Positions 37,960 to 54,387 are shown, numbered from the stretch's first letter. The stretch: DNA of 64,000 nt from the human T2T-CHM13v2.0 reference genome, Homo sapiens (GCF_009914755.1 NC_060925.1), one strand, 5' to 3'. The notes: a model not told the origin generated them from the letters alone. Program-made: numbers and translations.

Positions 37960-39487
37960 CTAGAAAGGACCACCAAACACCAAAGTGTTAATAGCTACTT
38001 CCGAAAGCAGAGATAGAAACTAGGCTAATGGGTGAGGAATGTTTACCTTTTAATTTTCACTATATATACTTTCCATATTGTTAGAACTTTTTACAACGAT
38101 GTTGTCACTTCATGATTTAACTGTTTTGTTTTGTTTTGTTTTTTAATAGAGTGAATCATCTGTGAACACTTCCTGTGAACGTGTGACTATGATTATGGAA
38201 CACTCTGTTGCATCAAGATGGCCAGAGATTGTCTCAGAGTCCAGGCAGTGGGAGGAGGGGGGATTTGTTTCCTGGCTGGGTGGTCGTAGGGCATCAAGGG
38301 ATGAGCAGCTTTGGTTGTCTGGGATTTCAGCAGCTTGAGGGGAGCTGTAGGGCCCCAGAGCTGTCGCTGTGGCTGTGGTGTCAGAAATGTAAGCAAGGTG
38401 CCTCCATGGAGGTTAGCGAGGGTGCCCCTCTGAATGCCGGGTGGAATGCAACCTTTCGCATGGAGGAGGCCCTCAGCAGCTGACCTCTGTCTTCCCTGTG
38501 TAGAGGGAGGGAGGCTGAGGCTGGGGCTGAGCGAGGGGTAAAGTAAGCCACGTGTCTCATCAGCTAGCCTGCAGCAAGCACAGCCCTCTGGGAGGGCTGG
38601 TTCTATCCTCCTCCTTGGTGTGAAATCCATCAATCTAATAGGGATCCTTATTTTCCCAGCCACCAAGTCACAATGAGCAATAATCTCTTCTTGTTGGTGC
38701 ATATAAATTTGCTTCATTCTTTTTTAAACAGCTGCCTTGTGTCGCCTTTTGCATTCAGCCCAAGTCCAGCCTAGGAGGACAGCCTTATCTTAAGTCACTG
38801 AGGGAACTAGCTTGCCTAACTGAAAGGGCTTTGCCCTGGAAGGAGAAGGGTCTTCTGGAAACATAAAACGTTTCAGGGGAGGGCAGTCCTGAATGAGATG
38901 GCTCTAGGGGGTGGGGGACACTGGACCGCCTGAAGGTACTGGGCATCTGGCCTGGGCTTTTGAGGAAATGCAAAGCCATGCTATAGATGATGCTGAGCAA
39001 AGGCGGGAGAGAGACGTGGGGGTCCTACCGGGGTCACTTGAAAACCCCTTCTCCGGCCTCCCCCACGCTAACCCATCTCTCCTGGCACGCAAGTCTGGAA
39101 AGGCCACTGGCCCTAACCATGCTGGCTCTGCGTCCACCTTCCTCTTCAATTCAAATGGCTTGGATAAAGCCATGGGTTATGACGCTTAACCCATCACTGT
39201 GGGAAACTGGATGACTTGGGGAACAAAGCCAACCTTTTGCTGTCTTGCGGAGGCAGGCAGTGGAGGGTTATTGCCAAAAGCCTGAGCTCCGGAGCTGTGA
39301 TCTCTGAGTCTCAGTTTCCCCGTGTAAAATGTGATTCGAATGATACCTACTTCACAGGGGTATTGTAGGGATTGAAGGAAATAATGGGGAGAAGGCATTT
39401 ATCCAATGCCCGGCATAGACTCTCGCAGTAACTCCCAGTTGCTCAGGCTAGTCGGGGAGGGTGGGACTGCGGCTCTAGCAGAGCCAT

Positions 39488-39503
39488 GGCGCCACCTTGC
39501 GGT
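39488..39503 (-). promoter_or_regulatory. CTCF-like motif ACCGCAAGGTGGCGCC
   Basis: Close match to the CTCF core in a locally CpG-retaining patch. Confidence 0.6.
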
Positions 39504-40434
39504 TCTGTCGGCCAGGACAGTCGGTTAATCAGATTCAAATCCAGTGACCCTTTTTCAAGCGCCTGTGAGTAGGCCTGTGCTGGGTTGAACTCATTATTAT
39601 TTAAACATGTAAACTGTGTAATGGTAAGTACAGTGCTAGTGTCTAACAGAACATCTTGGAAAGATCTTACAGTGCGATGCTGGAGAAACATCGTTTGGAA
39701 GGAACCCGCTCTCCACGCCCCCATCAAAGGGACCCCCTTCTAAGCTACCATGACTGCTCAAATACCCCAGACGTTCCCAGCTTCAGCGACTAACTGGAAA
39801 CAAGGTTTTGTTAGCTTAAGAGCAAGGAGAGGGGATTCATGATCAGATTTAAAATGTCTCCTCAGTTTCCAAGTCCTGCCATATTGCTTCTCCCAGTTTC
39901 ACTCAAACCCCCGCTCCCCTCCCCAGCCCCCTAGCCCACCACTGGTCTGCTGTCTTTCCTCTCTCCGGACCCGCTCAGGTCTCCCATTCCCTTTGCTTTT
40001 CCCCTCCACCCCCACCTCCACTGTAACCTGCTATGGTTAGTCTCCTCCTCTTCCTGCTGCACCCCTCATCACCACCTCTTCTGAAATTGCAAGCCCCCAC
40101 TCCTGCTCCTCTTTCCCACTTTGCTCTGCTCCTTAACGCTTATTGCTGACATGCCCTGTGGCTGATTAGTTGCTGACTGTCACGCCCCATTTGAAGGGGG
40201 CAGTGAGGGCAGGGATTTCAATGTTTCTTCATGGCTGTATCTTCAGCACCTTAAACAGTGCCTGGCTCATAGTGGGTGCTCAATAACTGCTTGTTGGTTG
40301 AATTAAGCCATGAATGAAAATAAAGGTGAAATCTGGGATGGGGAAAATTAGAGAAGTTGTCCAGCATGCCTCAGGTTTCAAAGTGAGAAGAAAACGTATT
40401 ATTTTCTAAGGTAGAAAGGAGTTTCCTAGAGAAA

Positions 40435-41810
<1,376 letters not shown>

Positions 41811-42614
41811 AGTTATACTCAACATTCATGTCAAGGTGATTCTGTTAGGATTAAAGATCTGGTAATCAGTTTCTGATTGTGTTTGGATAGTATCATTTGT
41901 ACTTGATGGAACTATGCTGCCAGCTGTGTAATAATCCTACATATATAAAGGAGCTATTTCCTCTCATTTATTATTAACCCTTTAAAACTTGGTCTTATTT
42001 CATTAAGCTAAAAGGACTAGCATTGCCAGGAAAATCTCACAAAGGAAAAGGCACAGCATAGACTGCTAATTTATACTAAAAGTCAGATATATACATATTT
42101 AAATATCCATCAAAATCCAAAATAACTTTCCTTCAAGGCTGAGATATGTCCCAACAAGTTTGAGCTTAGATCAGGTTTCTCAAAAGTGGCACTATTGACA
42201 TTGGGAGCCGATCATAGTCCCAGGAGATACAATTTTTAATGCCATAATCCCGAATGTCATAATGCTGAAGTCCCAAAAGGTCAAAATCCATAAAGTCTAA
42301 AACCTGAAAATCATAATCCTGAAAGAGCAGAATTCCAAAAATGTAATTCCGGAAAATATAATTTAAAAATTCTTTAAAAGATATTTATTTACTTTTTTTT
42401 TTACATTTACATGTATTTACATTTTTAAAGGGAATTTATTTGAGAAACATATGAAAACACAGAACACTTCATAGGTCACTTTATGCAATAAAATAGGCAA
42501 TAATAACATACATTTTTGTGCAAGCATAAACATTCATATATACTAATGAAAGTTGCATAATTATATCAGTAATGAACAGACAAGCCATATTCATAAAGAA
42601 ATAGGTCATAAAGG

Positions 42615-42825
42615 GGCTGGGCGCAATGGCTCATACCTGTAATCCCAGCCAAGGTGGGAGGATTGCTTGAGCCCATGAGTTCAAGACCATCCTGGGCAAA
42701 ACAGTGAGACTCCATCACAGGAGGCTGAAGTGGGAGGATTACTTGAGCCTACGAGGCCAAGGCTACATTGAGCTGTGATCACACCACTGCATTCCAGCCT
42801 GGGCAACAAAGTGAGACTCTATCTC

Positions 42826-42856
<31 letters not shown>

Positions 42857-42866
42857 AAAGAAAAAA
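42615..42866 (+). mobile_element. Internally deleted Alu inside Ricksha
   Basis: TSD aaagaaataggtca. Confidence 0.88.
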
Positions 42867-43865
42867 AAAGAAATAGGTCAAGAAGGGAAATGTAAATGCA
42901 TATCCCCATGGTTGGTAAATGTGTGCACCCAGTTTTATGCCTTTGGTCATCTGAAATACCATAACAACCTAAGATTCTTTTGATGAGATCTATCAAAAAC
43001 AGGATGGGTCACTACTGCATATGCAGCCACCTAAAGAGCCAAGATGTTCAAACATTTTACCTTTCACAAATGCAGATGTACAAAAAGGACACCTCTTCAC
43101 TTACTGAGGATGCTTCAATGTTTTTATGTACAGGAACAATGCTTACACACAGTCAATGCTGTGACAATGTACTTTCATGGAGTCAAATTTGCAAAAAAAC
43201 AGAACTTTCTAAGTCTCTACACAAATTATGCCTCCAGTATCAGAAATGATTTGAAGATGAATTATATAGCATAGCAAATTGTAAAAAAGAATGCCAACAA
43301 TTTTAAATAGTGAAAAAAAAACATAAAACAGAAAAAAAAAAGATAATTTGACATACAAAAAAGTGTATTACAGGACTGGATTATGGGCAATTGCATGGAG
43401 ATAGTCCATAAGAGCTGGCCAACCTCCACAATCATTAACTATATTTTAAAGTCTTGCATCATGAGGAATAGCTGCTTTTTCTCTTTTAGGGCATGGCTCT
43501 ACTTGGAGAATATGTTCACATTCATTTTCTACATGGTGCTGTTCTTCCTGGCATTCTTCTATGATTCCATATACACTGACAGGAGCATTCCCTACTAAAT
43601 TTCCCTATTTTCTGTGTCATGCTTCTGTGTTGTTTTGGGTACTCAGAAATCTGTTCTGCATGCACTCATTAGGCCACAGATTTGACAGAAACAGTACTGG
43701 TGATCAAACAGCAACACCATTGTGTATTTTCTTATCCTACCATGTACATATTTATTTTCAAAACAGTCAGTAACTTTGCTGACGTCTTCAGGCAAATGTG
43801 GCTTTAATTCATTAAAAGTTTCTAGAATGTCATCAGCTGGAAGGAATTCCAAGGCAGGCGAATGA

Positions 43866-44216
<351 letters not shown>

Positions 44217-44226
44217 TGAAGTTTTT

Positions 44227-45407
44227 TGTTTTGTTTTCAAGGTTACACAGTAATTTATTGAGAGCCTCCTCTCCCTGCCCTTGCAGTCTCTAGGTCACTT
44301 TTTCCGCTTGTAGATTTTGCACGCCAGCCCCAGAAAGATGGCTGGGAGCAGGGGCATTGCATACTGTTCAATGAGACCCATAATGTGGCTGTGGCTGTAA
44401 CTGTCATCCTCATACTGCAAGAACACGGCCAGCAGATCTAGCTCCTCATATAGTGCCTTCTCCTGGACCACCTTCTTGGCCTCCTTCTGCCCCTAATTCT
44501 CCTTCAGGATCTGGTACTGTTTTGGAGTGGCCCATTGCAGACACTGAACCACCAGCCAGCTGCATTTGTTGTCCTAGATGGCAGTGCCAACTTTGTCAGT
44601 CACAGTGGAGTCCCCAAAGAGGTCAAAGTGATCATCCTGAATCTTAAAGAACTCTCCCATCTCCAGCAGGATCTTCTTGGCATTGGTGTGTGCCTTCTCA
44701 CCATCAATGCCTGCCATATGCATGGCTGCAGCTATAGGAAGGTAGAAAGAGTAGAAAACTGTCTTGTACTTGACAATTTGTAATTCTTTTCCTTGAATCT
44801 GCGAAGATCCACATTGCCCTGGGGGTGCTGTGATGGGGTCCAGGGTCTGCCCAATCTCAGTCTGATAGGAACTCTGCAGGAAGAGCTCAATCAGGTTCAG
44901 GTAATAGGGCTGCTCCCAACAACAGAGCTTCAGCAGGCAGTAGATACATGCTTCCAGAAGCATAGCATCATTGACAGCATCCAAACCCACGCCCAGCTTC
45001 TGATACCAGCAGATCTGTCCCCAGTGGGTGAGGGATGAATCCGTGATGTCATCTACCACGAGGAAGAAAGCTTGCAGCAGTTCCACACACCAACCCACCA
45101 TCAGGGCCCGCTGGAAACTATCAGCATCCTGTTTCCTTGGCTCCACCAGCTCCCGGAATGCTAAGCACCGTCAAACCCCGGTGATAACTTGCCTCCGATG
45201 GCATTGTACTCCAGGACCTCCTTGAGCTGGGCGATAGCATCTCCTGTCTCTGGGTGCCCCATCTCATCCTCAGTCAGCACCCTAACAATCCGGGAGAAGT
45301 GCTGAATGAAATCCTGTTTTTCTTGGGCATAAGCATCTGATTTTTGATCTCCATTCATTCTGAGGGAGGAGCAAAGGGCTCTATTCCTGGATGCGGGTTC
45401 CTGCTTC
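44227..45407 (-). pseudogene. Processed pseudogene of farnesyl diphosphate synthase (FDPS), probably FDPSP8
   Basis: Intronless MNGDQ...(45358) to IYKRKK* (44295); DDITD and DDHFD motifs; frameshifts; premature TAG at 44574; AATAAA at 44254-44259; A-tail remnant; 15-bp TSD taaactgaagttttt at 44212-44226 and 45408-45422. Confidence 0.96.
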
Positions 45408-46067
45408 TAAACTGAAGTTTTTGTCATTGCTGTATCTCCTGGCCTATCTACTCATCTAATTTTCTATCAAATGCATTGGGCTGAATGGAAAAAAAACAAA
45501 CTTTATTGGTAACACTTTGAAATTCACTTTTAGAAGCTTTGATCACACCTAATTCCAAATCTGTTGTTATGGTTTGGGGATTCAATCGAAAGCTATTTTC
45601 TTCTGCAAAGTGCAGCAAATCTTCAAATAATTGTTTAAATGACTAGATAAGTTCTAGAATCTTCAGAACCAACAGGGGCATGAATCATGTATAGTTGATA
45701 AAAACCAGTAGGGATAGTTTTGAAAGTGCCGTCCACTAGCCAAAATGAAAACATGCGATAGTTTTTCTGTTAGATTTAGTGGTAAATATAAGCAGTCTAT
45801 CTTCTTCGACAGTCAAATCCCTAACCAAGAACAGTTTGGTTAATGAGTTTTGTAACACTGGAGGAACCTCAGTATCAGCAAGTGTCTTTGGTTCACAAGG
45901 TCGTTCAGCTTGTCGAATTTTATTCTCTGACAAAGGGCATTTTTTTAAGGCAAGCGTGGCACTATTCATGAAGGAGCAGAATTTGTACATAACTGAATAA
46001 TTTGGCAGGAGAGATTTCTTGTACTTTTCACCTGAAAAGTCGCTTTTATGATCTTCAAAACACTAAA

Positions 46068-46335
46068 CATTGAGGAAAGATATTCCCCACCTAGTCTACT
46101 GAGACTCACATATTAACCTCCTCTGGAAACACCCTCACAGACACATCTAAAATAATGCTTTACCAGATTTCTAGGGATTCCTTAATCCAGTCAAGTTGAC
46201 ACATAAATCAACAAGTTCACCCCTTATCAACTCGATATCCATCCACATCTCTTAAACCATACTTAATTTCCAAATGAAGACAATAACAAGGTAATAGTTC
46301 TGCCTAACATGATGCAATTATCCTGTATACAGCTG
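46068..46335 (-). mobile_element. ERVL fragment (3' internal + PPT + start of MLT2 LTR) inside the Ricksha element
   Basis: Minus strand AAGGGGTGAAC PPT followed by TGT...ATGTGTCAACTTGACTGG...GTCTGTGAGGGTGTTTCC, typical of the MLT2 5' end. Confidence 0.75.
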
Positions 46336-46899
46336 AAACGGCACTAATCCCTAACCTCAAATTCGGCTTTCAGGATTTTAACATCTGGGATTTTAATCTT
46401 TCAGGATTGTGATTTTGGAAGTTCACACATTAGGGATTCTGATCTTTTGGGATTTAAGACATTAGGGATTTTGGTCTTTCAGGATTTTCGCATTTGAGAT
46501 TGTATCATTCAGGATTATGATCCAAACCCATGGACATTTTGTTGTCAGCAGCTGTCCTGTGCATTGTAAAATGTTTACAGTGTCCCTGGCCTGTACCCAC
46601 TAGCAGCCAGTAGCACCCTACCCCAAATCATGACAATCAAAAATGCCCCCAGACATTGCCAAACGTCTCTTGAGGAGCAAAATCACCCTGTTAAGGACCA
46701 CTGGCTTACATACATGGATTAATGAGATGGGAGGTAAAGCGCCATACAGTTTAGGACTGGAATGCCACTCCCTTGAGCATCAGATCCATGTTTCCTTCTG
46801 TACCCTACAATGAAGACCTACAAATCATAAACACAACTCCCATCAACTAAGAGACCAACAAATGCAAGACACATAACTACAGGGAAACTGAAGAATTCT

Positions 46900-46905
46900 T
46901 TTATT
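46900..46905 (-). terminator. NEK2: NEK2A poly(A) signal AATAAA, cleavage near 46880
   Basis: AATAAA ~630 nt after the stop, followed by a GU-rich element GTTATGTGTCTTG. Confidence 0.85.
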
Positions 46906-46978
46906 TAGTGGGAAAGAAGTAGGTAAATGACAGACAGCTCATATTCTGTTAAACAGAAAAAAAAAAAGAATACAAACA

Positions 46979-46986
46979 TCACAGTG
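46979..46986 (-). promoter_or_regulatory. miR-128-3p 8mer seed match (CACTGTGA) in NEK2A 3'UTR
   Basis: Exact complement of the seed plus A1; function not shown by sequence. Confidence 0.5.
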
Positions 46987-47499
46987 ATGAATTTTCACAA
47001 AGCTAACAGATTTGAACTACAGAGCAATGGAATATTTATAAGCAAGATGTCATGGTATTAATGACCAAATTGCATCTAACTGGGTTTTCTAAGCTCAAAA
47101 ACATTTAAAATCTCAGACTTAAAATTTAAATCTAGACATGACAATTGTAAGCATACCACTCAGTCATTTAAAACTATTCAGTGAGTGCTACTCTTCCTGC
47201 ATAAATATTTTTTTCCTAACATTATTTTTTCTCCCAAGATTTAGAATGTCACATCTCATGTTCCTACTAGTAATCACACACAGGATTAAAAGCCCAACCA
47301 AGAAAGTATTCTTTTTATAATATGTTCTTAAAAGAAGAAAGAAAAATTAAATGTGAACATTTTGTACAATAGTTGCTGAAGAACAGTAAAACCAATTCCG
47401 AAATATCATGTGTACTATACAGAAAGGCATGGCTCATGGAACCAAGTATTCAACACTACAGCATTTGAATATCAGTCTTTAAAGGTTGGTAATATTACA

Positions 47500-47507
47500 T
47501 CCTGTAC
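47500..47507 (-). promoter_or_regulatory. miR-486-5p 8mer seed match (GTACAGGA) in NEK2A 3'UTR
   Basis: Exact complement of the seed plus A1; function not shown by sequence. Confidence 0.45.
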
Positions 47508-47531
47508 ACAGCTCTGTGTCTCTCTACCTGG

Positions 47532-47758
47532 CTAGCGCATGCCCAGGATCTGTCTGCTTTTCAGTTGGTAATTTTTCTCAATATCTGACAGGGCTTGAGC
47601 CCGCAGCTGGGCAGCGTGAAGCCTTTTCTTCAGGTCCTTGCACTTGGACTTAGATGTGAGCTGACTCTCAGAATTCTCACTCCTCATGATGTTCTCTTTA
47701 CTTTCCCCACTGAAATGAACTTTCTTCTTAATTACTGAGGATGGAAGATTAAGAAGTT
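47532..47758 (-). CDS. NEK2: NEK2A exon 8 coding part (ELLNLPSSVIKKKVHF...KEN...QILGMR*)
   Basis: CTAAAG acceptor, 227 nt to TAG; exons sum to 1338 nt; KVHF PP1 motif, KEN box, terminal MR; alternative acceptor at 47734 removes 8 aa (NEK2C). Confidence 0.97.
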
Positions 47759-48926
47759 CTTTAGAAGGAAAAAGAAAAAGGGCTCTGAGTTACTTGAACA
47801 GAGTTCAACTCCTTCATACTTATACTTATCAAAAAGTATTTGCTCTTATGGCTCACATTTGAAATCTAGGTGCCTGTTTTATTTTCTCTGGGATAGGAGG
47901 TTAGGGGTGTAGGACTTGCAGAAATCAGCCTTTTAATCCACAGCATTGAAAAAATAATATTGGAATGTGCCAAAATTCAAGGAACATAAGTTTTATTCTC
48001 TTAACAACCAACAATCAATTTTACTCTTAAACACACTGAGTATTATGGACAACATAAAACTTTTGGAAATCAATGTTATTTATCTCTGTCCTTGAAAATA
48101 AGTGCCATTCTATGCAGAACACCTTACCTACAGAAAAGTGTAGAAGCAGAGGTTTTTTTCTGTCTTTGTTTTTTTTTTTTTTTTTAAATAGAGAACACCT
48201 ACAGTTTTGGTTAAATGTTCAAGAACACTTAGTTCAAAGCATCTTAATGGACGAGAAATCTGTTTCCAAAAAATCTAAACAAATTCAGTGTGGAAAAGGT
48301 AAATCAAGTAAGAGTAGTAAAAACTGTAAACTATTCTTTACATGGAAAAAATAAATAATAATCATATTTACTTAAAGTGGCAACACTATTAACTGCTGAC
48401 AGAATTACTGGGGGCTGGAGGCTTACAGATTCTAGAATCCTTTTATTTTTTGTGTTAAAGGAAATATGTTCGAATATTTACTGAGCTCATAGGATGGGCC
48501 ACTGTGAACCAAACAAAGGCCCTATTCTAGTAGGAGGAGATAAACCAAACACAAACAAACAAGTACTGGTGGGGAATATTTGATGGTAATACGTGCTATT
48601 AGGAAAAATAGCTCTGGAAACAGGGACATGCTGGGTGCTGGGTGCTGGGTGTAATGATACAAAGCCTCATACAGCATTTCTGAAGTAAGAAGCCACAGGG
48701 CTGTCTGGATGAAGAGTGCTCCAGGCAGAAGAAATAGGAAAGGCTGGCACACAGATGCACTGCCTTCCAAGGGTCCTGTGACTTCCCGCTTCATACGTCG
48801 CTTCTGCTTCAAAGCAAACTGGATTGCTTTTAGACCTTATCTCCACTGTTTCAACTCTATCCACCTTCTTATTACCACAAATACCTTTACATTTGTAAGT
48901 CAACATTGTCTTACTAATGGGATAGT

Positions 48927-49105
48927 TTTATTTTGTTTTTGTTTTTGTCTGAGATGGGGTCTTGCCATGTTTTCCAGGCTGGAGTGCAGTGGCTAGTCAC
49001 AGGTGCAGCTGTAGTGCACTACAGCCTTGGACGCCTCGGCTTAAGTGATCTTCCTGCCTGAGCCCCAGAGTAGCTGGGACTATAGGTGCGTCACCACACT
49101 TGGCT
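48927..49105 (-). mobile_element. Alu right monomer (FRAM/FAM-like) in NEK2 intron 7
   Basis: Single arm. Confidence 0.8.
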
Positions 49106-50624
49106 CTTAATGGGACAGTTTTATAAGAAAGAAAGTGTTTTAAAAACATTTTTAAAATTCTTCCATTAAATAGAAGAATGAATATTTCATCAAATACGAA
49201 AAGAACAGCTTTTAAAAAAGACACTGCTGCTTGCTGTGATGATTTCAATATACTTGTGATGGCTTCCTCACGTGTGGATTTTATAGCCCAAGGATGGGGA
49301 GAGAATATTTCCAACTGTCCTGAGTTCAGAATGGTACCCGCTCCCCACTGCTATGATGCTTATCTTATAGCTCTGATGTGTTCACTACTTTCAGCACTCA
49401 ATACCCTAAAATGTCTGCTTGCCCCAGTGGATACTTGATTCCTATGGCTCATTTTAAATATTTGCCATGATTCACATATAAGTAGATTCCCATACTTATC
49501 TGTGTATCCTATAAAGTAAAACACATCATCCTTACTTAGCTATTTTCATCTTTTGCTCAAAGACTATCAGGGCAAATGTAAATAAACTCTTTAACCGAAC
49601 AGCCATCCCCAACAGGGTCTTAAGTAATTCTCTGCAATGGGTTTGATGCATGAAATTCATCCAGGTAAAATTTTCTCCTCATTTTATCACCCTAATCATG
49701 ATTTAAGTCTATTTTGTCTTTATGGATGACAGTGTGGAATCTATGAAAAGCCAGAATAAATATTTTTATAATATTGAAATGGTAGACTGCAATATTGGGA
49801 AAAAAGAAGGTATTTTAACAGAGATGAAGCCAAAGTTTCATATAATCCTTGTTTCATTTACTTCTATCAGTAGTTTCATTTCTTTCCATCACTTATTCAC
49901 TACAAAGTTATTGTGATCATCAATCTAACTTAAGTAGGGTTTTTTGTCTGTTCCATTTACAAAATGCTGCCAATGCTCACTAAATTGATCACACTACATC
50001 TCAATTTATTAAAGATGGGAATAATAGCTTTCATATATGCTGTCCTACATGGAATAAGGGAGTTATAAAAACTCTGAATTTTATTGAAAATTCAGATGCT
50101 CGATTTTTGAAACCAACAACTTTTAACAGTTAGTTTGTGTCATAAATCAAGCAAAAAGATGTTTCACAGTTTGCATTTTACATAATCTTAAAGAGTCGAT
50201 TAAATTAGATTGAGGGTTTCTATAAAATGGAGAATGTTAGACAATGGTTCACTGGTATATACGATAACCACATCTCAGTGCGGCAGAGTGAAGGGACAAT
50301 GCCACACAAAGGCAGGGCCCTGAGAAAGCTGAATATCTATATACCAGACTTTAAATAAAGAAGGAAATGCAGAGAACATATGTAGATATTAAACAATCAA
50401 ATTTCAACAAATATGTCTTTCAACTTGAAAGGGTGTTAGCAAAGATCCAAACGTGACAGCCTATTCTGCAGGTGGCTTATCATGCCTTTTAAGCCATGCT
50501 TTCTATGAAAAATGAGGCATGGCAATATTAAAATGTTTATTTTTACTTGAAATGCAGTTTATCTCTCTGAAATCTGAAACATACAATAGTTTTGTAAATG
50601 CCCTAATTTTTAAAAATAAGTATC

Positions 50625-50949
<325 letters not shown>

Positions 50950-51167
50950 TTACTAAACATGTAGTTTGATAAGGTAAAGAAAATCAAACATGAAATTCTA
51001 TGACTCATTGCCTCAGGTCTATGAACCCAGGAAATAAATCACTGCTATAACAGAATTTTGTTTCCATTGAAATGCATATATTCAATGAAATCCATCTTAA
51101 AATTTGAGATTTGTAAATGAAAAGGGCTACCTAAGCCACTTTGGGAGCAACACTGGTGCACATTTCT

Positions 51168-51211
51168 TCATTTGTAGCACCAGCTTCTGTTGACCAAGTT
51201 GATTCTCATAC
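51168..51211 (-). CDS. NEK2: NEK2B-specific tail by read-through into intron 7 (GMRINLVNRSWCYK*), 384 aa total
   Basis: Frame continues through the exon-7 donor to TGA at 51168-51170; matches the known NEK2B C-terminus. Confidence 0.9.
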
Positions 51212-51337
51212 CTGGATTACTTGCCAGAGACAGGAACTTCCGTTCCTTTAGCAAGCTGTAGTTCTTCAACAGATTTTCTGCTCTAGCCAGTTTGTCCTCT
51301 GCTAGTCTCTCACGAACACAAAGCTCCTGTTCTTTCT
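51212..51337 (-). CDS. NEK2: NEK2 exon 7 (QKEQELCVRERLAEDKLARAENLLKNYSLLKERKFLSLASNP)
   Basis: TTTTTAAAG acceptor, CAG|GTATGA donor, 126 nt. Confidence 0.97.
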
Positions 51338-51869
51338 CTTTAAAAAGAGAATGGACAAAGAAAAAAAAATTAACAACTGACCTTGACTAAAAAACAATTT
51401 ACATTTGGCAATCTTATCACTACTAGCATGCCTGATACTGATAAGCAATGTTTGGGGAAAGGATTCTCACTATGCCTCAGTCAACCTGATTATGTTAGTT
51501 TTTAATTGAGTGTTTTAGTAGGCTGTATGTTATCTTAGATTTTCTTGAAAGGACTTGTTTAAACAAATACAAAGTTAGCTTCAACCTTTGGTCATCTTTT
51601 GTGGGAGTAACTCATTTGGGAAAACAAAAAACTAAAGCTATCTCTGCTCTTCACTGAAGATAAGCAACAGCTAATTTTCAGGGCATGATCTGGCCTCACA
51701 GTACAAAAATCTCCTTCTTCTGGTTGAATGACCACACCCAAACAAAAGAAAAAAAACACAATTCAGTTAGGTGGTAGTTCATAGGATTAGTATTAATAAC
51801 AAATGTTACTATTTATTCATGGCCCCAAATTCAGAAAGTATTCAGATTTCAGTTGCTATATGAAATTAT

Positions 51870-52755
<886 letters not shown>

Positions 52756-53218
52756 GAATTGCCTGAACATATCTCATCTACATACTGTAGGGTTTTAGAC
52801 CTGGAATTCTGTTGGAGTGGCCATTTCAAAAGACAAAAGTCATGGTTTTTTATTATGGAAAGCAGCAATTTTAAGACCTTCCTTTACAGTGGGAAAACAT
52901 TAGGGTATTCACAGTAGAGACGAAAAAGAAAAAAGTAACTCTAGAGTAAAATACAAGGCTATCGTATTAGGGCCATCACAGTTAAGGCCCAATAATATAT
53001 AACTAGCAACTGATCTCAGAGAAAGATGTCCAACATGAAGGTGCCAGCAAGCCTGATTATTAAAAAGTCTAAAATACATATTTTGGTTTCTCAAGTATTT
53101 TTCAAAAGCTTCTAATAAGATCTGTATGTATAAAATATTCTGCTCAAAGAGATATTCAGACACATCAAAATAACCCACTTGGTAGTTCTCCTTTGCTTTG
53201 ACCCCCATTCAGACTTAC

Positions 53219-53438
53219 GCTCCAATCTTTCTTCTCTTGCTTTGAGAGCTCGCTCTCGCTCCTGTAACTGAATTTCCTTCAGTTTCAGCTCACTCAATAC
53301 AGGGCTGGAATCCTGCGATTTTTCTGGCTCTCCTAATTGTCGCCCTCTTCTCTCAAGATTTCTTCTTTGCTCGTCTGCAACCAAATCTGCTATTAAAGGG
53401 TTCTCAAGAATTTCTTCAACAGAAGGTCGATGGTAATC
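53219..53438 (-). CDS. NEK2: NEK2 exon 6 (DYHRPSVEEILENPL...LKLKEIQLQERERALKAREERLE)
   Basis: TTTTTTCCCCAG acceptor, AGC|GTAAGT donor, 220 nt, start of leucine zipper. Confidence 0.97.
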
Positions 53439-54387
53439 CTGGGGAAAAAATACTCAGTATTATAGTCAGATTGCATAACAGAATAGTCCTCCTAAGACAG
53501 CAGTTAAAATAAAAGGACAAAAATGTGTTTCCAAGACAAAAGAAAGGACTCCTTTATGGCTAGGTCTTAAACACTTGGAAAAATAAGTTCACTGGTGGTT
53601 TTAACTCATGAGGTTCTGGGTCCACAAGGTAATGCAGATGTTAACTTACCTTTTTTCCCTTTTCCCCTTTTCACCTTTCTAAGAAGGTTCAATCCCTGAA
53701 GATTGGCACATCTTGTGCTGGGGCTTGGTAGCATTGCTAGGGTCTGTTTTAGGGGAAGTACTGCCCTTGCATTTCTAAACTACATTTAGCAAGATACTCT
53801 CTCACTGACTCTCAATCCTGTCACTTCATCTGTATCCTTGTCTGTGATCCTACGGCATTTTCCTTCTTCTCTTATGTCAGCCTGGTCCCCAGAACATCTC
53901 CTTCCCCATTCTATAGCCAGAGTTTTTCCACATAATCTCTTTATTGATTTTCCCTCTGCTTTTTAGCTGTCCTCCGTCCGCCCTCCATCACCCCTCCCCT
54001 TCTTCTGGTCTTTAATCTCTCAATTAGAGCTAGAGGCAGAGTAATAAACTCTTATTTCTGGCCCCTTCCCTCACTACCTGCCACTGTGAGGTAGGCAAGG
54101 ACAAGGGGAACGAGAATTTGAATTCTTTTTGCAATCTTTCCTTGCTACCGACCATCTGTTAGCATGACAGAGTGGGAGGAGAAATAAAGAAAGCGCAGAA
54201 GGTGGGCCAGCAAGGATGTGCAATTTGCCAAATTTACATATGTTTTCACTTGTGTTAACACAGTAAATTTAGCTAAGAAAGTATATTTAACGTTTCTTCA
54301 GTCTCCATTGATCTACAAGAGAGAATGTATGCTCTGACACTTAACTGACAGCTAGAAACAGACAATATATCATCTTATCATCTTTAC

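Noticed and set aside
44574-45146. 190-aa FDPS-like ORF as a functional enzyme
   Set aside because: Fragment of a retrocopy with frameshifts, premature stops and no ATG start
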